Shown here piece by piece: positions 28,619 to 39,415 of a DNA stretch of 64,000 bases. The translations under genes were made by a program, and so were the position numbers. Below the pieces are notes generated by a model. That model was not told where the DNA came from and searched no databases. It was given only the letters and a program-made list of their open reading frames with translations. How positions within the stretch are numbered: the stretch's first letter is position 1; each line of letters starts with the position of its first letter. Source of the stretch: a virus; the IMG/VR virus record IMGVR_UViG_3300046387_001332; one strand, given 5' to 3'.

Positions 28619-30079
28619 TTAAAAAGCAAAGAAGTCTTTGCTTTTGTTTTTCTCGGATGGTTGATTTGGTGATTCTGCATCATCAAGACGAGTTTTTGCA
28701 ATGATTGCATAATCCTTTTCTTTTTCAATTCCGATATATTTTCTATCAAGCATTTTGGCTGCAATGCAAGTTGTTCCACTTCCAACAAATGGGTCAACAA
28801 CAACATCATTTTCACGACTTCCAAGTGTTATTAAATAACTCATAAGTTCAATGGGTTTAACGGTTGGATGAACATTTTGTTTTTCCGTGACAAATCTACC
28901 AGTAACATCGTGGTCGATTTTGCTATTGCTCATATCTTCTGCATTTCTTCTTCCTGGCATTGAAGAACTTTTCTTTTTAGGAAGATGTTCAAGACCTTTG
29001 TTTTTTTCTGCTTTGCTTGCTTTTGCGACAATCATAAAAGGAAAAGTCTTTTGCACACTTTCGGGCAATTTATGTATTTGTGATTTCCACCAAGAATCCA
29101 AATCGTAAAAACGAGAAAATGATCCTTCGTCTCCATAAGTTCTTCCTGCTGGTTTACCTGTGCTTTCTTGCCAAATACCACCCGATCCACTTCCACTATC
29201 TGTGTGTTTTCCTTTGCTTCGTTTTACTCCGTCATTGAGTACATCATCTTGTACAATTAAATTGGCTGCGAATCTTCCGTCTGGTTTATCATAACCAATT
29301 TGCTCTCCACTTGAATAAACTCCAGTATTTTCTCCGTGGAATCCACCACGATCATCACTTTGTTTATTTTGAGATTCTGCTTGATCGTTTTCGTTCTTGT
29401 ATGGAATTCTACAATCATCTAACCAAGTAATTCCTTTACCATTTTTCATTGCTTGTTCAAGAGTGGTTTTTTCTGTGATTGGTTTCATTGCAACAAGCAC
29501 AACTTCTACTGCTGGTTTTGGCTGATAACCCACATAAGAACCTTCAAGTTCTTTTGCTTCATTGGAAGATGGTTCGGTTATTTGTAATCTTTCTTCCAAG
29601 GTTCGTTTGTCATCTCCTTGTGTTATATAACCTTCAAGTGTATTGGTCATCGATTTCTCTCCCCAATTTTTATCTTCAACTCCCTTTTCAATACTACGAG
29701 GGTGTTTGTATTTTCCAACTACTTTTCGTTGCTTTCCAAGTTTTTTATCGACTGCTTTTCCGACATTCGTTGCCTTGGGAAATCCTGTTGCGTATGTCCA
29801 ATAAATCGGAGTGAATCCAATATTGAATCCTGCATCTTCTAAACGAACCATCATACGACTTTGTACATCTGAACGTGGTGCTGACATAACAAAGCAGAAT
29901 CCTCCTGGTTTCAAAACTCGTAAACACTCTTGCCAAATTTCTAATGCAGGAACTGCTTTGTCCCAATCACGATTCATAAACGAATAACCATAAGGTGGGT
30001 CTGTACACACTAAGTCTACCGATTCATCCTCAAGTTTCTTGAGAACTTTCAAACTATCTCCATTTATTATTTTATTCAT
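28619..30079 (-). CDS. DNA N6-adenine/N4-cytosine methyltransferase (beta class)
   Basis: TDPPY near N-term, HPTVKP, DPFVGSGTT near C-term; start placed at MNKIINGDS. Confidence 0.9.
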   Translation of the reverse strand: MNKIINGDSLKVLKKLEDESVDLVCTDPPYGYSFMNRDWDKAVPALEIWQECLRVLKPGGFCFVMSAPRSDVQSRMMVRLEDAGFNIGFTPIYWTYATGFPKATNVGKAVDKKLGKQRKVVGKYKHPRSIEKGVEDKNWGEKSMTNTLEGYITQGDDKRTLEERLQITEPSSNEAKELEGSYVGYQPKPAVEVVLVAMKPITEKTTLEQAMKNGKGITWLDDCRIPYKNENDQAESQNKQSDDRGGFHGENTGVYSSGEQIGYDKPDGRFAANLIVQDDVLNDGVKRSKGKHTDSGSGSGGIWQESTGKPAGRTYGDEGSFSRFYDLDSWWKSQIHKLPESVQKTFPFMIVAKASKAEKNKGLEHLPKKKSSSMPGRRNAEDMSNSKIDHDVTGRFVTEKQNVHPTVKPIELMSYLITLGSRENDVVVDPFVGSGTTCIAAKMLDRKYIGIEKEKDYAIIAKTRLDDAESPNQPSEKNKSKDFFAF

Positions 30080-30968
30080 AATCAAAAAACTTATTTGAGT
30101 TAACACGAAGTTCGTCTTGTTCACAATACTCAGGTATTTCGTATTCACCTTGTTTGCGGAAAACCATAATATATTCGTGTATTTTACTTGTGTATCTTTT
30201 GCTTGCTACTTTCGCACATTGAACATAAGCAAACGGACTAAGATTCTTCATAATGATTGTATCGTGATGAATCATTCCTTCGTTTACAAATGCAGTAATC
30301 AAGTCCGAATGAAAACTACGAAGACCACTACCTGTCATATCTCTCCAATCTGAAACGACCCATACACAAAATGCTCCTGGTTTCAAAACACGATTTATAT
30401 TTTTACCACACTTTTGAATTTGAACCATAAACTCTTCGTATGTTCCACAATCACTTAATTGATTTTTCGTACTTTCGTACTTTTCAAGATTATGATACGG
30501 AGGACACGTAAATACTAAATCAGCAGTTTCATTTTGTGTGTGAAGCATTTCTGTTCCATCACAATTAAAAAGTTTAGGGGATACCTTGAACTTTTCAAAA
30601 TGCTTCATACATCGTGTATATGTTTGTTGTGATACTTCGTAACCTTGATAGTCACGTCCTAGTTTACAAGCAACCATAGCACGGGTAGCACGACCTGCAA
30701 ATGGGTCTACAATCACACTTCCACGCATACTCCAATAATTAAGTATTTGTTCTGCTACTCCTGCGTGAAACTCACTAAACCTAAGACCAGGAAGATTCTC
30801 TGCATCTATACTTCTTTTTGTTTCACGAATGCCATCATCAAGATATGCTTCCGGCCATTGTTCACGGTGATCACGACTTGGTTCTAATACACTCAAAGGC
30901 AACCAACCGAATTGTTCATCAATTCTACAATCTTTTCTGATTGGAAGTATTTGATTATAGTTTGCCAT
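30072..30968 (-). CDS. DNA amino-methyltransferase
   Basis: DPFAGRATR motif I followed by FTCPPY motif IV. Confidence 0.8.
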   Translation of the reverse strand: MANYNQILPIRKDCRIDEQFGWLPLSVLEPSRDHREQWPEAYLDDGIRETKRSIDAENLPGLRFSEFHAGVAEQILNYWSMRGSVIVDPFAGRATRAMVACKLGRDYQGYEVSQQTYTRCMKHFEKFKVSPKLFNCDGTEMLHTQNETADLVFTCPPYHNLEKYESTKNQLSDCGTYEEFMVQIQKCGKNINRVLKPGAFCVWVVSDWRDMTGSGLRSFHSDLITAFVNEGMIHHDTIIMKNLSPFAYVQCAKVASKRYTSKIHEYIMVFRKQGEYEIPEYCEQDELRVNSNKFFDYE

Positions 30969-33475
30969 TAGAATGCAAAAAACTTTTGTGCAGTCGCAAG
31001 ATTCTCACTTGCAAAGTCCCAATCAAGAGCATCATAAAAATCACGCAACTTACCTTCAAGTTCTCGTTCAAACAATTTATCTTTGTCTGCATACTTCTCA
31101 ATAAACTCCATAAGTTCTGGTGGGTCTTCATAACCACGAAACGCAAGAGCATCTAAACCAAGTTCATTGTTCTTTAGATATATCCACTTTATTTTTTCTC
31201 CGTTGCGGATGGGTTCTGCTTGAATCTTAAACTTCTTGATAAACTGATTATGAATGATACTTGCTTTAACGTGAGCAGGTGTACTTTTCGCACATTCACC
31301 CACAACTGCACCTTTGTCCATCATCTTCAAATACTTGGTTATGTTCTTAACTGCACTTGTTTTTGCGATGTCATCAACCGACTCATTTTTGACTTGTTTT
31401 TTAAGAGCAACGATTTTGTCATCAATTTCTTCTTTCGGTGTGTCCTTCAAAATATCTTTAAGAATCTCCGTCATAAACGCACGAAATCGTGTAGGGAAAC
31501 TACTACGAACAACATCAAGTCCTTTAACTTCCAATTCATCACAACCAACACCGTTGTTGTTGATAATCCATTGTGCATAACGTTTCTTTGCCAACCAAAT
31601 ACTTGCTTTGGAAATAACTTCTTGTTTAATGTCATAACGATGCTCTTCAATGTTGAAGAATCGTTTTGCCATCACATCATAACTTTTGTTGATAAAGGTT
31701 TGTACATTATCTGCGACTTCTAAAATAGCAGTTGCCATTTCATCGTCATTCTTTACATCAACATTAGGCATCGTTTTTTCTACGATAGGTAATGCTGAAA
31801 AGAACACCGAGTCGGTATCAATGTAAATACAATGATCTTCGGTATCACCGAGAGTTTTATTGTAATAGTGATTCGCAATCTTGCGACTAAACTTAATCAC
31901 GGACACACCTGTGGTTGTAACTGCTTCTGCATTGTCCACATCATAAAAACGAAAGATAGGCAAACCGAGAACACCATACAAAGAATTAAGAAGAATCTTT
32001 TGTACGTGTTGTCTTCTTTTATAGAACACATACTTGGCATCATCACCTGCGTTACCATATTCCTTCATTTTATTCTTAAACTCAACACGTTGATTAAACC
32101 ATTGATCAAGAATCGCAGGAATAAGTCCGACCTTTTCTTTTGTGTACATTACACCATTGCTACTAATAGCAAGATTGTTTTCCTTCAAAAATGTTTTGAA
32201 TTCGTCTGCTGAATAATTGTCACCACGAAATCCAACCTCAGTTTGCTTGCCATCACAGAAATCTTCAGGACTCCAATTATCAACAACACCCACTTTAGTT
32301 TCAGGTGATATATTTGTTGACATAATGATAGAAGGATACAGAGACGTCAAATCTAAGTCAAACACCCACTTGTATTTACCGGGTGTCGGTGCGGCCACAT
32401 ATGCACCACTAAACTTCTTTGATTCATCACCTTTGATTTCATTGAATCGTTCACGACCTTCTGGGTCTTTGTTTGGTGCAACTAAGTTATGTCTGCGAAG
32501 ATACGTAAGCAACGCACCTTCAAGATAACGAGACGAAAACAAAATGTCTTCATATGGAACGTGACCCACATGACAAATACTACGAGTTAACTCAATGAGT
32601 TCCATCTTTTTGTCAATCTCCACAACAATCTTTACGTCATTCAAATTGTATTCAATAAACTTCTCAATGTCTGAAGAAAACAAATCATCAAGATTACCTT
32701 CGTATTCAATTTTTCCGATGCCGACTTCTTTACGACCAATGGCATCTAACCGATATGTTGGTTCAACCGAGTATGTAAAGTTTTTGTACAACACAAGATA
32801 ATCCAAGCAACTGACACCCGCAATCACGATGCGTTTCTTGAATGGATGAAAGTATGCGTGGCCAATCGGACTCAAACGATTTGCTTCTTCTTGTCCTAGT
32901 ACTCTTGCGAGTCTGCGATACAAATAAGGAACATCAAATCCATCAATGTTCCAACCTGTTAATATTGTCGGACTAATCTCTTGATAGAAATCAAGAAAAT
33001 GAGAAAGTAATGCTCGTTCATTGTCATAAGAATAAACTGATACTTCATCGTTGGAGTAATCGGTGATTTTATTCTCTTTATCAAGAATCAACACCACATA
33101 ATTATTGGTGCAACTATCGTGCCACGCAATAGCAGTAACAGGATTGTTTGCTTTTTCTGTATCAGGTAAATCACCTTCCATACTTACCTCAATATCAAAG
33201 TTCATTACGCAATGACCGGTGCTTGGTTCATCATCGTCTTCGTACAAATCAATTAAATTACGAGTTTCAATCGGTACATCCGATTCAAACAAACCTGTAT
33301 CTTCATACCGATATCGTGTTACCTTTTCTAACTTGTCACCATACATACTGCGATACATTCCGTTCGGAGACTTTTTGTATGCGTATGGTTTATTCTTGAA
33401 TGTTACGAGACCTTTTTTATCGTCCCACAGATAGACCGTGTGATCTTTTTTATTTACGAATATGTTTTGATACAT
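30968..33475 (-). CDS. polB: family B DNA polymerase (gp43-like)
   Basis: Exo FDIE, GWN.DGFD.PY, YNLND; pol DLTSLYPS, KILLNSLYG, YIDTDS. Confidence 0.97.
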   Translation of the reverse strand: MYQNIFVNKKDHTVYLWDDKKGLVTFKNKPYAYKKSPNGMYRSMYGDKLEKVTRYRYEDTGLFESDVPIETRNLIDLYEDDDEPSTGHCVMNFDIEVSMEGDLPDTEKANNPVTAIAWHDSCTNNYVVLILDKENKITDYSNDEVSVYSYDNERALLSHFLDFYQEISPTILTGWNIDGFDVPYLYRRLARVLGQEEANRLSPIGHAYFHPFKKRIVIAGVSCLDYLVLYKNFTYSVEPTYRLDAIGRKEVGIGKIEYEGNLDDLFSSDIEKFIEYNLNDVKIVVEIDKKMELIELTRSICHVGHVPYEDILFSSRYLEGALLTYLRRHNLVAPNKDPEGRERFNEIKGDESKKFSGAYVAAPTPGKYKWVFDLDLTSLYPSIIMSTNISPETKVGVVDNWSPEDFCDGKQTEVGFRGDNYSADEFKTFLKENNLAISSNGVMYTKEKVGLIPAILDQWFNQRVEFKNKMKEYGNAGDDAKYVFYKRRQHVQKILLNSLYGVLGLPIFRFYDVDNAEAVTTTGVSVIKFSRKIANHYYNKTLGDTEDHCIYIDTDSVFFSALPIVEKTMPNVDVKNDDEMATAILEVADNVQTFINKSYDVMAKRFFNIEEHRYDIKQEVISKASIWLAKKRYAQWIINNNGVGCDELEVKGLDVVRSSFPTRFRAFMTEILKDILKDTPKEEIDDKIVALKKQVKNESVDDIAKTSAVKNITKYLKMMDKGAVVGECAKSTPAHVKASIIHNQFIKKFKIQAEPIRNGEKIKWIYLKNNELGLDALAFRGYEDPPELMEFIEKYADKDKLFERELEGKLRDFYDALDWDFASENLATAQKFFAF

Positions 33476-33483
33476 TGAATACT

Positions 33484-33512
33484 ATAGTATCTTGTTTTAT
33501 ATAAAAAGTCAA
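33484..33512 (-). promoter_or_regulatory. sigma70-type promoter for DNA polymerase
   Basis: TTGACT-N17-TACTAT, 8 nt before ATG. Confidence 0.7.
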
Positions 33513-34036
33513 GCACCTGTGCTTCCGAATCCACCTTTTCCACGATCAGTCTCTGATAACTCTTCTACGACTTCAAATTCAACTTTGTGAGTTTCTGCAA
33601 TCACAAGTTGTGCAATACGTTCACCCTTTGTGTAAATTTTGTCCATATTAACTTCTGTGAGCAATGGAATGGTTGCTTGGTGTCCTTGAATACGTGCATA
33701 CATATCTTCTGGTTGTGTAATATATTTAAAACGCACAAGCAACTCTCCACGATAACCACAATCAATCAACCCAACTGAATTTGCAAGCATAAGATTTTTG
33801 TTGCTGATACTACTTCTTGGAAAAATATTAGTATGATAAACTTTATCGTCAACACACGGTTCGATATATAAATCTGTGTGATACTGAATATAATCTATTC
33901 GTGACCATGCTTTTGCTTCTTCATCATATTCACCCGAAATTGCTGGATGTGATGATGCAACTAAATCATATCCTACATCGTATTGCGTTAAATTTTTTGG
34001 TACAATGGTTCCAGTATTTTTTATCTTAATTTTCAT
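33509..34036 (-). CDS. dut: trimeric dUTPase
   Basis: GYDL, PRSS, GLIDCGYRGE, RIAQL, RG.GGFGSTG. Confidence 0.95.
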   Translation of the reverse strand: MKIKIKNTGTIVPKNLTQYDVGYDLVASSHPAISGEYDEEAKAWSRIDYIQYHTDLYIEPCVDDKVYHTNIFPRSSISNKNLMLANSVGLIDCGYRGELLVRFKYITQPEDMYARIQGHQATIPLLTEVNMDKIYTKGERIAQLVIAETHKVEFEVVEELSETDRGKGGFGSTGA

Positions 34037-34502
34037 TTAGATATAATACTGCATCTTCAAAGGTGTTGACAACCTTAATATTATTTTCTGTTGCTTCGTG
34101 TTCAAGCATCCCTCTCCAAAATTTAATTGTTCCCCACATATGATTTTGATTTATTTCCAACAAATTTTGCTTATGTCGTTCTTCATCAATAGTTACAAGT
34201 ACATTAGGTTTGATAGGCCATTCCCAAAAACTTCTTGCACTCCACACTTCGGGTATACTTAAAATTATATCATTTTCATTTGTATAATTCTCAAGAACTT
34301 TCCAAGAATCACGTGAAAACTGAACTGCAACATCGTGTTCATCAATTAAAGGTGAAGAATATATTTTGTCGGAAAACTCTTTTTTGTCAAAGTGAGACGG
34401 CCATCCAATTGCTTCTCCTATTATTTTATCACAATCTACAAAGTTAAGTAATTTGCTATGATATGTTTTTCCCGAATGTCTAACTGCTGATAATATTTTC
34501 AT
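34026..34502 (-). CDS. hypothetical protein, degenerate P-loop kinase-like
   Basis: N-terminal SAVRHSGKT then D.D. Confidence 0.5.
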   Translation of the reverse strand: MKILSAVRHSGKTYHSKLLNFVDCDKIIGEAIGWPSHFDKKEFSDKIYSSPLIDEHDVAVQFSRDSWKVLENYTNENDIILSIPEVWSARSFWEWPIKPNVLVTIDEERHKQNLLEINQNHMWGTIKFWRGMLEHEATENNIKVVNTFEDAVLYLNEN

Positions 34503-34839
34503 CTGAATAATATTTGTTTATTAATTTTACGATAACATCTCCGTGACAAGGTTTGGGTTTACACCAACATCCTAATCGTTTTCCTTTTAATCCTTTAAGT
34601 GCTTCTAATAGTTTAGGAGACGATTCTAGATATTCTTCGTAACTTTGTATTGCTTCTGATTTGCTTCCAACGAAATACTTGGCAAGAGTTCCTTTTTTTG
34701 AAGAATAAGGATTACCCCACAAAGAAGGCCTTCCAATATAAACATCATATTCGGACTTTTTGCAATGTACTATTTGCGTTGTATTTGTTGTTGTTTCTAA
34801 GTTAGAATAAAATGATAAATTAACTGCTTTTTTTGTCAT
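34480..34839 (-). CDS. DUF4326 family protein
   Basis: VYIGRPS.WGNP, LGCWCKP.PCHGD. Confidence 0.85.
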   Translation of the reverse strand: MTKKAVNLSFYSNLETTTNTTQIVHCKKSEYDVYIGRPSLWGNPYSSKKGTLAKYFVGSKSEAIQSYEEYLESSPKLLEALKGLKGKRLGCWCKPKPCHGDVIVKLINKYYSDENIISS

Positions 34840-35161
34840 CCAAATCTATGTCAGTATCTTTATCAAAATTTTCTACATCGGTGAACAATTCTTTTACAAA
34901 ATCAAACTCTAATTGCTGATTTTGGAATTCTGGTTGATTTACATCTGCGTAACTTGTGTTTGTTGGATTATTATTTTCATCAACAAATTCAAGGTGTCCG
35001 TCAAAATGAAATCCCGCACCTCTTAAAAACAACTCAAATGCATTTAATACTTCTCCGAGAGTTTCATCTGCGGTTGTGTGTCTTGTTCTTGAAACAAGAT
35101 TATCGTCAGAATCTCTCCAAGTATAATCAAATGTAAATTTTGCTGTATTATCGTATTTCAT
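34820..35161 (-). CDS. hypothetical phage protein
   Basis: 113 aa with FE.FLRGAGF motif; ATATTTAT upstream. Confidence 0.7.
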   Translation of the reverse strand: MKYDNTAKFTFDYTWRDSDDNLVSRTRHTTADETLGEVLNAFELFLRGAGFHFDGHLEFVDENNNPTNTSYADVNQPEFQNQQLEFDFVKELFTDVENFDKDTDIDLDDKKSS

Positions 35162-35203
35162 ATATACATAAATATATACACAATAATAACAAACGTAAAG
35201 TCT

Positions 35204-35413
35204 TTATTTTTCAGTCTTCGTCTGAAGTGTGGATGCTTTTATTATTAGTTGCAAATATAATTGCAAAAATGCTACACCTAACCAATTCCATAATGTATAT
35301 TCTATGTTCAATTGAAAGACAGCATTCACCGACCAAATAAATCCAAGTGGTAAAATAATTAAACCAAGAATACCCACAAGAAATGTTGCTAATTTAGTTG
35401 TATCAACTTCCAT
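35204..35413 (-). CDS. small 2-TM membrane protein
   Basis: Two hydrophobic segments. Confidence 0.65.
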   Translation of the reverse strand: MEVDTTKLATFLVGILGLIILPLGFIWSVNAVFQLNIEYTLWNWLGVAFLQLYLQLIIKASTLQTKTEK

Positions 35414-35705
35414 TTTTTTTTCTTATTTCACAAATTTTTTCATGCAATAATTTTAAATCATCGTATGTCATTCCAAATATTGCTTCCACTCCTTCAACCA
35501 TTTTATTAAATGGTAACTGAGTTCCGACTTCGTCAGGATCACCCTCGGATTCTGTTATTTTATATTTAAGGTCAAGTGTATCATCCTGAACTTCTTCAAG
35601 TTTACACAATGTCATATGCTCGTACAATGCAACAAAGTCATCAACAGAGCAAGTTGTTAGAAAGTCAAGTGACTCTTGTTCAATTTTATTTTCTTTGGAA
35701 TCCAT
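35403..35705 (-). CDS. hypothetical acidic protein
   Basis: 100-aa ORF in operon. Confidence 0.65.
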   Translation of the reverse strand: MDSKENKIEQESLDFLTTCSVDDFVALYEHMTLCKLEEVQDDTLDLKYKITESEGDPDEVGTQLPFNKMVEGVEAIFGMTYDDLKLLHEKICEIRKKNGS

Positions 35706-35759
35706 TTTTTTAAGTTAAGGTTATGTATTTATATAAATATATATTATATTGTTAGATTG

Positions 35760-36977
35760 TCAATTCTTTTTCCAAATCCAAATAGGTTCTGCAAAAGCAA
35801 CATCTTTCGTTTCTTCGGTAATTTCTTTGAGGTCTTCTGAGAAATATTCACTTTTGGCATTACCAGCACCACCTGAATTAAATCGTTTCGTCATTTCCAT
35901 TCCAATGCAACCAAGATATTCAAGTCTTTGGGATTTAATAAAGTCATTCATTGGATTTGTAATTTCAACATAATCGTTGATAGGAGCATTAAAAACATCT
36001 GCTATGTTTATTGCAAGAATACCATTCTTTTTTATTGTCGGAATTATTTTACCAAGTGTGGTGTGAAGAAATCTCTCGTTCCAATCATCTATCTTTTTAT
36101 ATCGCACCCACGATTGTGTATCATCTTCCGAATACTTTTCTGTATTAAAATATGGTGGACTTGTAAACACCGTATCAAAGTAATTTTCGTATTGCAAGTA
36201 ATCTACATCTTCAGCAGGACTTTCTATTAAGTCTGCTTTTCTGTTCTGTTCAAAAAAGGTAGAATACTTTTCGTAGAACTGAATTTGCTTTTGGTAATTA
36301 GGATGATTAAGTGTATTGGGATCAATGCCAACATAATGCTCTGTGGTTTCACCTGTGTAAAATCCTGCTAATCTATCACCCCACCCTGCACTAAAATCTA
36401 ATACTTTTTTGCTTTGAAAGTGATCGTAAAATGCTTTTGCTACTGCCGGTTTGAATTGTGATGCGACATACTTACGAAGAGTTGTAGCAACACGTAGAGT
36501 ATTAACATCAACTTGGTTAAGAACTTTATCAAGTGTCCAATAAGCACGAACGATTGTTTTAATTCCTTTAACCGTTTGCCAAGTTTTCCAACCACTTGGT
36601 GTTCTTGTCCAATCGACTTTCCAACGAGTTTCTACATGAAATGGATTAGAAGCATTGTTACCAGAATTGTTTCTTTTCAATAGAAACTGAGAGCCTTTAT
36701 AGTTTAAATGGTAATTACTTTTTCTTTCGTTACGAGGAAACCACTTTTTTTCTACAAGCACATCGTTGTGCTTTATTCCTTTTAACTTGTTTAAACTATC
36801 AAAAGTTTGTCTGTCTGTAATTTCAGGTAACGGAGCAGGATATGTGTGCAATACCTTTGCAAGTTCTTCTACAACATCTTCTTTTTCATACGTTTGCATG
36901 ATGTCTTTCCATTCTTCCTCTTCAATGAGGAGATATGGTTTCATGTTGTAGAACTTTTTAAAGTAGTTTTCTAACAT
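35760..36977 (-). CDS. DNA amino-methyltransferase-like protein (SPPY type)
   Basis: LDFSAGWGDRL motif I, GIDPN, FTSPPYF motif IV; paralog of 45055-46644. Confidence 0.8.
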   Translation of the reverse strand: MLENYFKKFYNMKPYLLIEEEEWKDIMQTYEKEDVVEELAKVLHTYPAPLPEITDRQTFDSLNKLKGIKHNDVLVEKKWFPRNERKSNYHLNYKGSQFLLKRNNSGNNASNPFHVETRWKVDWTRTPSGWKTWQTVKGIKTIVRAYWTLDKVLNQVDVNTLRVATTLRKYVASQFKPAVAKAFYDHFQSKKVLDFSAGWGDRLAGFYTGETTEHYVGIDPNTLNHPNYQKQIQFYEKYSTFFEQNRKADLIESPAEDVDYLQYENYFDTVFTSPPYFNTEKYSEDDTQSWVRYKKIDDWNERFLHTTLGKIIPTIKKNGILAINIADVFNAPINDYVEITNPMNDFIKSQRLEYLGCIGMEMTKRFNSGGAGNAKSEYFSEDLKEITEETKDVAFAEPIWIWKKN

Positions 36978-37741
36978 CAGAAGATATCAGACTCGTCCAA
37001 TTCAGATTCATGCGGTGTAGAAGGATCAATATTTTCTTCCTTAACCGGTTGTTCTTCATAATTCAACACAGTTTCGGCACTTGACTTACCTTCTTGCTTT
37101 GCTTGTTGCTTTTTAAGTTTATGTTGCTGAAGATGATATGAAATTTCATCGTCATACATTTGCTTTCCGTCTGTACCTAATGTAGTTGCTTCTCCGTTAG
37201 CAGCCCGTAAAACTGCGATTTGAGAAACTGCGTCTTCTAACTTAGCACGTTTTTCAGTTACTGGATTATTATCTTCGTATCGTACTCTATCAGTTGAAAT
37301 ATTTGTTTCGGTTTTTTCTTGTTTCTTTTTGACTTGAGTTTTTTCGGTGACTATTTCAATATTCTCTGCTTTAGATAATTCTTCTTCAATGGAAGTTTTG
37401 TTATTTTGGGGTTTTTCAAGCAAAGAATTTATTTGCTCTTCCGAAACTTCTTTGCTGGGTGCAGTAGTAGGACTTGATTTTACGATGTCATCTGAAGTAA
37501 TATTAATAGTATCAAATGAATCATCAGGTTTTTTTTCAGTTCTAACTTTAGATAATTGTTTTTGGAACACAGAAAGTAATCCACCTTTTAATGATTCTGA
37601 CATTTTAGATTCATACTTCTCTTTCTCTTCCACAGGTTGAGATTGCTTTTGGTGTGCTTCTTCGGGAGAAATATTTTTATTTTGCTGAGAATCTGTGGCT
37701 GCTTTTTTCTCAAAATTTGAATCTAAGTTTTGGAAAGTCAT
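36977..37741 (-). CDS. hypothetical charged low-complexity protein
   Basis: 254 aa K/E/S/Q-rich; ATATTTAT 4 nt upstream. Confidence 0.7.
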   Translation of the reverse strand: MTFQNLDSNFEKKAATDSQQNKNISPEEAHQKQSQPVEEKEKYESKMSESLKGGLLSVFQKQLSKVRTEKKPDDSFDTINITSDDIVKSSPTTAPSKEVSEEQINSLLEKPQNNKTSIEEELSKAENIEIVTEKTQVKKKQEKTETNISTDRVRYEDNNPVTEKRAKLEDAVSQIAVLRAANGEATTLGTDGKQMYDDEISYHLQQHKLKKQQAKQEGKSSAETVLNYEEQPVKEENIDPSTPHESELDESDIF

Positions 37742-37756
37742 TTATATAAATATATA

Positions 37757-38011
37757 TTAATTAACTTTTTCAAACAACAAAGTTGGTCTACCAATTTCAC
37801 CCTCAATCTTACCAGCAGGTTGAATTGTACCAGATTCAAGTGCTTTTTTGACACGGAATCGTAGGGTAATGGGAACGGCAGATGGATGTGCTTGTTCTAA
37901 ATCAGAGATACTAAATTTACCAGTTGGCCAATTTACCACAAGTTTTTTCTTCTTAGTTGATACAGAAGTTTCAACACTTATTTCTTTTTTAATATCATTT
38001 TCTGTTGTCAT
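37757..38011 (-). CDS. putative winged-helix DNA-binding protein
   Basis: FSI.DL...ITLR.RV..AL..G.I...GRP...F layout. Confidence 0.55.
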   Translation of the reverse strand: MTTENDIKKEISVETSVSTKKKKLVVNWPTGKFSISDLEQAHPSAVPITLRFRVKKALESGTIQPAGKIEGEIGRPTLLFEKVN

Positions 38012-38028
38012 TTTATGCTCCTATTCTA

Positions 38029-38214
38029 TTATGATTTAGATTCAGCAACTGATGCTTTTCTGTATTCCGTTGCAAGTTTTTTAATTTCACCAATTGCTTT
38101 TCTTGCACGGGTACCAGATACTTTGGTTCCAGACTCTGCGTTTTTTTCATGGTTTTCCTCAAAGTCATTAAAAAGTGACTTGATTTCTTCATATAGTTCT
38201 TTTGATGTTTTCAT
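38029..38214 (-). CDS. histone H1-like nucleoid protein (Hc1-like)
   Basis: GTK..GTRARKAIGEIKKLA.EYRKASV motif. Confidence 0.75.
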   Translation of the reverse strand: MKTSKELYEEIKSLFNDFEENHEKNAESGTKVSGTRARKAIGEIKKLATEYRKASVAESKS

Positions 38215-38271
38215 AAGTTTTTATAGGGTTTAATATTATTATTATAGATTATTTTTAGTTTAGCAAGTATT

Positions 38272-38688
38272 TTATGCAAAAAATATTATAAACTGCTCTG
38301 CGTCAGATGTTACTGACATATGTCTGAATGCCCATCTGTTTTCTTTCATGTTATTAACAAACTGAGCATATGCTTCGGGAGTTTTTTCAATTGTGAAATA
38401 CTGACCCGCAACATTCTTTACTTGCAGTCTTTGAATTATTTCTTTTAGATTTATTTCATTAGGATGTTTCTCCAAAAAAGAATTATTAAGTTGTTCTACT
38501 TTTTCTGGATTTGCTTTGTAGTGATCAATTAATTTTGATTTACAACTGCATTCCGGATCAACTGAATAACTTAATGCGTGTTCTTCGTTCTCTGGAAAAG
38601 TCTTGATATATTCCTCTTGATAACTAAAAGAAGTTCTTAGTAACTCTAGCATTATGCCTAAGTTAATGTGATTATCATTTGAATTCAT
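38272..38688 (-). CDS. hypothetical protein
   Basis: 138 aa with DPECSCK motif; promoter-like TTGACG upstream. Confidence 0.65.
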   Translation of the reverse strand: MNSNDNHINLGIMLELLRTSFSYQEEYIKTFPENEEHALSYSVDPECSCKSKLIDHYKANPEKVEQLNNSFLEKHPNEINLKEIIQRLQVKNVAGQYFTIEKTPEAYAQFVNNMKENRWAFRHMSVTSDAEQFIIFFA

Positions 38689-38738
38689 AAATATTATATT
38701 ATATCAAATGGAACAATCCGTCAACCTAAATTTATGTA

Positions 38739-39383
38739 TTGTATTTTTTAACCGATAATGATATTATTTCCACAATGTATGAATATGTAAGCAGTTCTGA
38801 TAATCTAGTTCTTTTACTGACCCACTATTGGACCCCGTTAAACGTAACATCTGTGAAGGAAGGTCTAAAAAAATTAATGGGTGCAAAAGAACGATATCAC
38901 AAAACCCGTCCAAAAGTTGTTGCAGTTGCAAGTGACGGAAATACGTGCGACTGGAATACATGGATGGAATATAAACATGGATTCTACAAAAACCAACCTT
39001 TTATTAGATCAGTTAATCATGTTATTCCAGTTCCAACTATTCTTCTTACAACGGCAAATTTTACTTACAATGCAAAAAGAAAACCATCACTTAAATATCT
39101 TTACAAAAAATACGAAGGACGATGTCAAATATGTGGTGAACATTTTCCTCAAAACAAATTGACAATAGAGCACATTAAACCAAAAAGCAAAGGTGGAGAT
39201 AACGACTATTTCAATTTAACTCTCACCTGCGTTAAGTGTAATTCAAGAAAAGGAAGTATATTTCCATACTACGATTACAAGGGGGATATTCTAAAAGCAA
39301 GTCCACCTAAACCGTTTTATGAAGTTGGAAGTGTAGTTCGTGAAGAGTGGAAACCATTTCTTTTTAAAAATTCTTCTTTTTAG
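38739..39383 (+). CDS. HNH endonuclease (McrA-like)
   Basis: CQICG, TIEHIKPKSKGG, NL...CVKCN..KG; true start may be ATG 38775. Confidence 0.9.
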   Translation: MYFLTDNDIISTMYEYVSSSDNLVLLLTHYWTPLNVTSVKEGLKKLMGAKERYHKTRPKVVAVASDGNTCDWNTWMEYKHGFYKNQPFIRSVNHVIPVPTILLTTANFTYNAKRKPSLKYLYKKYEGRCQICGEHFPQNKLTIEHIKPKSKGGDNDYFNLTLTCVKCNSRKGSIFPYYDYKGDILKASPPKPFYEVGSVVREEWKPFLFKNSSF

Positions 39384-39386
39384 TAT

Positions 39387-39415
39387 TTGACATTTATTAT
39401 AATTTTTAATATACT
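39387..39415 (+). promoter_or_regulatory. sigma70-type promoter of tRNA cluster
   Basis: TTGACA-N17-TATACT. Confidence 0.8.

Noticed and set aside
30968-33475. Intein or intron in the DNA polymerase
   Set aside because: An uninterrupted 835-aa ORF with normally spaced motifs and no splice-junction signature.
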